A DNA stretch of 64,000 bases from NCBI GenBank assembly GCA_013265495.1, contig MU060401.1, forward strand, positions 2,108,001 to 2,172,000. The letters run 5' to 3'. Below the pieces are notes generated by a model, which saw nothing but the letters and a program-made list of their open reading frames with translations, had not been told where the DNA came from and made no database searches. The translations under genes and the position numbers were made by a program. The first letter of the stretch is position 1, and every line of letters begins with the position of its first letter. Of the stretch, positions 58,851 through 64,000 are shown one piece after another. The stretch comes from Vicugna vicugna. Taxonomy: Eukaryota.

Positions 58851-60159
58851 TCTAATTCCCACACTTGATCCTCCTGCCTGTCACTGATGTTGAAATGTAA
58901 GTTAAAATGTAGACGTGCTCATTGCTTAATCATTGGGAAACCATTTTAATATCTACCTTCCTGTTAAGGCATGTTGAAACATGTTTCTTAAAGCTTAGGT
59001 TCCAGTTTAGCTATTGGAGGATGACCACTCCAGTTCTTGATAAAGGAGGGTACCTCCTTCCTGGCAGGGGGATTAGTTCCAAATGCAGCTTCTTTGAAAG
59101 AGAAAGCTGAGCTCGTGTTTTAAGCCTAGATGGATCGCTGTGGTAGGCGCGGCAGCCCGTTGGGGAGGGGGAGGTGCTGAGAACAGCTCCCAGAAACCCT
59201 CAACTCAACCTTGAGGCAAGCCAGCATCTGTCACCTGAGACCTTAGTGACTCGAGAAGCACTTTCTATTACTGGGGTCATAAATAGGACAAGAACAGATA
59301 CCAAAATGGGATCTTCCCCAAAACGGCTGGGTATTTGTCAAACTTCTAAAGTACATCTTCCTGCCCAGAGAGGGACACAGATCAGGTGGTTTATAGATTC
59401 TCCCAGCTCTAACGTTTCATGATACTGATCTTGGTTGTATCCAAGTTTTGGGAGGGGGGGCAAGGCCGGGGGAGGGGTGTGCTTTCAAACTCACTGGGCA
59501 GCCATCCTGCAGTTCTGCCCTGTTTTACGAACCAAGAAAATTCTGGAGAAAACAGCCCCAGGTCTCACTTTACTCCACTCAGAAACCGAGCCTGAAGGCA
59601 GAACAGCCTTCGCAGGACTTCCTCACTCTCTGGAATCATCATTTGCACCTTGCAACCCCAACAGCGCCTTCCAGTCTGTACGCTGGATGAACTGAGCCCT
59701 GCTGGACCCAAGTTCATTATCGGCGGTATCTACTGTATACAGTTGTTGAGAATGGACCCTGCAGATGTGGGACAGCTGTTTGTACTTAGCAGTTAAGTGT
59801 CCCTGCGATGCTGGCGGCCCCTGACAAAAGGCACTGTTCTTTGCAAGGCATCCATCTCTCAAGGACTTCCTAAATCAGGCCCAGATGTCTGCATGCAACT
59901 CTAATTTCTCCGTGAAGACTTCCTTCTGGAGAACTAGGTTTTTCACTAAGGTACATGCAGTAGAATGTGGAAGCCAGCGTGCACAACTCGAAGGGGAAGG
60001 ATGCAAGTAGCAGCTGGGGACTAGGAACTAGAGAAACACCCTGATCATGGAAGTCAATCCTCATACCTATGAAGTTGATGTGTAAAATGGCCATGCTCGC
60101 TTGCCCGAGGGCACACGGCAGGTGACCGTATTGGTTTCAGAATGCCAGAGCCATTGACC

Positions 60160-60625
60160 GAAGACTTCTGTTCAGCCCCCAGTATCAGTTCCTGTCTTCT
60201 TCATAACAGAGCTTCCCATTTTTAATCGCATAGACATGATTACCCCAAATAGAAAAAGATTGTCTTGCAGCCAGGTGTGGCCATATCACTAACATTCTAG
60301 CAAACAGGATGTAAGTGGAATCGGTGAGCTCAGGTTGTAGGCCAAGATCTACATGACCATGGAGGCACCTTTCACTTTGCTACTGGCTGGAACTGAGACA
60401 ATGGCTGGAATCGAGACAATGGCTGGAGCTCCAGCAGCCACCTTGAAACATGAGGTGACTTTAGGAACATATGCCTTGAACAGTAATAACACCGAAGGAG
60501 GTTGGGTCCCTGCATCATGGAACATCATGCCAACTCTAGATAGAATGCCTCCAGATTCTAGACAGGGAAAAGAATGATTTAAGCCACTGCTCTTTCAGGT
60601 TTAGCCATCATTACTGGCTCACCTG
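60160..60625 (+). mobile_element. MLT1J-type MaLR LTR
   Basis: cttgcagccaggtgtggcc...atggctggagctccagcagccaccttgaaacatgaggtgac...tttaagccactg. Confidence 0.8.
60384..60428. repeat. 18-bp tandem duplication inside MLT1J
   Basis: tggctggaactgagacaa tggctggaatcgagacaa tggctggag. Confidence 0.85.
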
Positions 60626-61879
60626 CACTGGCAAAAACAAGAGTACCTGCTCAGTAGATAGCCCTGGTGCCCCTTGCCAGCCACCTTCCACGTGGCTGGG
60701 TGGAAGGGTGCCAAACAAGAGGTGAAGGATTGGGGTCTCAGCAATGGTTCAGAGCACATGGAGAGGATCTGAAAAGAAAAGAGGGTAAGCCATCAAAGTT
60801 AGGTTTATGGCTTAATCTCTCTAGTCAAGTGAAAAGGGCAGACTCCACTCCTGAGTTTTTGTATCTTTAAGAAGCTGGCTGGGGTCTTGGCTGTCCTCAG
60901 AGTGCTCAATGGCTTGTGTTGAGCACTGACGTCTCATCCAGATCAAATGTCCTGCGAGGCACGTGTTCTGACCAGATGACCCTGAGGCTCAGAGAAAGCT
61001 GTCACCTTGCCTAAGGCCACTCAGCTCCTGGTAGAGCCGGGCTTTTGATCCCATCCCTCGACCCCTGAAAGCTGTGCTTTTAACCACAGGCTGTACCCAA
61101 GTGCAACCCCGGGTTCACCCACCTCAGTACTTGTCTCCAGTGGGTAAGCACAGAAGCATTCCTCCCCTGTGTCTGAGTCCTGCGTGGGGACAAGTCTGGG
61201 GGGCACTGTTTCTGAAGCTAAGGGAGGCAAGGTTTTGGGCAAGAGGGTGTTGAATTGCATCTTGGAAGGTGCTTTGGCTGTAAGATTTCACTTTGGGGAG
61301 CAACACAGGGCAGAGAGCTACTTTTTTACAAGGCACACGGCCAAGGCAGGAGCCAAGCACCTCGAGTTTCTGGCTCCCCGAGTCTCCGTTGTCTGAAAAC
61401 TAAAGAGGTCATACAGCCCAGGAGGTCAAGGATGGATCAGATACCACACCAAGTGCTCTAACAGGTCTAAGGCTGGCGTTCCCCTGAAGTCATCATGGGA
61501 CTGTTCGCTCTGCCAGCACTTAGACAACTTAGATCTAATTCTAGTGGCTAACACCCAACCTCTCTCTCCCGGGGATTTGTGCACACACCGCCCCCGCCCC
61601 AACGTTGTGTCCGGCCTCTGAGCAACCAGCTTTGATGGAGTCTACCTCTCCATCTCCAGCAGCTCCCAGGAGGAGGAAAGGGCACTGCAAGTCCCAAAGC
61701 CCAGGGGCAGAGAAGCAGGTGCACAAGCTATTGGGCAACAGACACCAGGCCTGGCCCACATCCTCCGCGTACATCCTCATCTTTGCAATCACTTCATCTG
61801 AGAGGGACATTTAAAGCAGTTGGCCCTGTTCAGAGCAAGAGTCCAGACTTAAGTTTTAACTTTGAAGGGAACATTGAGA

Positions 61880-62400
61880 ACGCTGTAGAAGACGGGGCGC
61901 GGGCCTGAGAAGATGCTGGAGAAACAGGGCTGTGCTCACTCTGGCGCGGGGGATGGGGTTGGCGCGGGGGATGGGGTTGACGCGGCCACCGGGAAGAGCG
62001 GCAATTTCCAGGGTTCTGCCCTCTCGGCCCAAGTGCCTTCTTAGATTAGTCCCGGACAGGCCTCGGGGGGAAATTACACGTAAGTGTTCAATTTCTCCTT
62101 CCGCAGCAGCTTGGGGCTGGGAAATTGTTTCTCCCCTGCAGCCTCTCCACACCCACAGCTGCGGCTCCTCTTCCTGTCAATGCGTTGCCAACAGGTTGGA
62201 AATGAGTGTGTTTCCTGCGCACGGCTGTCTGGGGGCAGGGGGCAGGGTGGTCCACGTGGGCGCCCGCTCTTAACCCGGGAGAGCGCGATCGCCGGGCCGA
62301 CACATTAGGCATTGCCTGCCATCTGTCCATCTAGGGTTTCTGACGATGAAAGGGGAGGAGGGCGGATGGAAAGCCGAGGGGAGTCTGAACTCAGCTGAGC
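61880..62400. promoter_or_regulatory. CpG-island-like element (candidate promoter or enhancer)
   Basis: About 30 or more CpGs counted by eye in about 500 bp; CCACGTGG 62252-62259; GTAAGT donor at 62080. Confidence 0.55.
61942..61985 (+). repeat. 18-bp G-rich tandem repeat (G4-capable)
   Basis: tggcgcgggggatggggt x2 plus tgacgcgg. Confidence 0.9.
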
Positions 62401-62779
62401 CCCTCTGCTTTATAAGCCACAGGAGGAAGTGCTGGGACCCTGGACGTGTGCCCTGAAGAAGAGGATTGCACCCCTGATTTGTAGCCTTCCCTCCGCCCAG
62501 AGGATGTGCGGAGAGCTTGGATAATGGCACACCTCCTGGCTATGACTTCCCCCGCCCGTCCAAGTTTGCTCCTTTCCTTACGGCTTCTATGCCTGCGTGG
62601 GCTGAGTCTTGCAGGGTGTAAGGTCAGGGGTGGGATGGGAGACAGTTCAGCACATCCTAAAGTTGACTCTTTTGTCCAATGATACTTCCATCGGCTTAAG
62701 CCATTTGAAGTGACCCAGGCAATCGCCACCAGGACCAAACAGACAATAGATCTCCTTTCAAAAGCCTCAAAAGCCAAAT

Positions 62780-63010
62780 CCTACACTCTGCACATTTCAT
62801 CTAACTATTCCTTGCTCCAGGAAACCTTTGTTGACATTCTGCCATCGAGTTTCAGGGACCAGGAAGCGCCTCCCGGAGTTCCCATAGCATTCTTGACCCC
62901 TAAAGCATCTGTCCAACTATAATACCCATCTCCCTGTAGACTGAACTTTGTGACGTCAAGGGTGTTGTGGCTCCTTCGTCACTTACGTGAGTACTGGGGT
63001 ACCAGCAACC
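62780..63010 (+). mobile_element. L2 3' fragment
   Basis: ctccaggaaacctttg...ctcccggagttcccatagca...tctccctgtagactgaactttgtga. Confidence 0.65.
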
Positions 63011-64000
63011 AGGTACACGCCCTCATTTCAGCCCTGCAAATCTAAGGTAGGTCATTTTCCTGTTTACAGATGAAAGAGAGGCCCCAGCTCGAAGCAAACA
63101 GATCCTTGAAGACAGAATGGAGTTAGAAGGGGGTCGTAGATCATGAGAGCCAACCATTAGTGTTTATGGGGAACTTTGCTCCATGAAGAATTGTGCAATT
63201 GTGGACCATTTCACAGCCAGGCAACTGTCCCAAGACATCTTCCCTTAGATGGGAGTGTTCTCATTGGCTGAATTTCTGAAGCATTTCTAACTCCAAGACT
63301 TACGTCTATAATGGTTTCTGTAGGGAAAGCTGACGTCCCTAAAGGAATTACCCTGAAAACATGGGATTTCATGAGGATGTTGACAAGACAACTCAAAGAT
63401 ATGGTCTAATCCATGTTTTCAGGAACACATTCAAGGTTGACTCAAAGGACACTCATGGATCAGGTTCAGTAACGTTACCCACCCCCTTGTTTATCCAGCA
63501 GAGTACTCAGCATTAAATCGCAGGGCTTAGATAAGACTGGTCTGAAAAATTCAGTCGCGTCAATTGACTTAAGGCAGCTTTAACTTTTTAGCTAGCAAAG
63601 GAGCCTTTTTAGAGAGTAAACGTGCAGCTAGTAAAGAGTTTCCTCCCCTTGCAACGGCAAATCCAAATCCTCAAGGCTCTACTGACATTGCTTATGGAAA
63701 CTGTGGCCTTGGCATTCTATTGAGGGATGATTTACTTTGGGGCTAGGCTGCTGGGCCCTCAAGGCTCGGGTTTCTTTAAATAAGTGACCAGTAAACAGAA
63801 GCTGTCATGTCGACCTGTCTCATTCTGTTTTGTTTCTCCAAACAGAGTCTCCACCCTTTTGAGGGTTACACCATGTCCCAGGATGACAACTTCACGAGCT
63901 GCCTCTTCCTCCGCCCGCCTTCGCAGCAAATCCAAGGCATCGGAAAGAGATGGGCGGAAGAGAGGACAAAATCTGGAACTTATTCTCCCCATTCCTTTTT

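Noticed and set aside
1-64000. CRISPR arrays, operons, rRNA or other prokaryotic systems
   Set aside because: No repeat-spacer periodicity or dense coding; the repeat content is clearly mammalian.

Overview
Mammalian genomic DNA, most likely camelid: two young tRNA-derived SINEs of the Vic-1 type at 27154 and 28629, plus an artiodactyl-type L1 3' end. The window is moderately GC-rich, repeat-dense and apparently intergenic or intronic, with one 238-bp N gap. I could not confidently recognise any protein-coding exon. The long ORFs in the track look like chance frames or lie within repeats. Recognisable content: many ancient MIR, L2 and L1M fragments; MaLR and ERV LTRs (MLT1, MER74, LTR33, MER21, MER34, MER68/76/77-like); hAT and Tigger MITEs; a 3'-truncated U2 snRNA pseudogene; and a decayed HERV-I-like provirus (LTR, tRNA-Ile PBS, protease, RT with YVDD). 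There is also a strong CTCF site, several enhancer-like motif clusters and a CpG-island-like element near the right edge. The most intriguing but unproven signal is a 36-codon ORF at 5447-5557 just behind a strong splice acceptor. It reads as a signal-like peptide ending in ...WRF-GRR-stop, the architecture of an RFamide precursor. Several small template-switch or inversion events are also visible. All repeat family names come from recalled consensus sequences, not a database search, and repeat boundaries are approximate.
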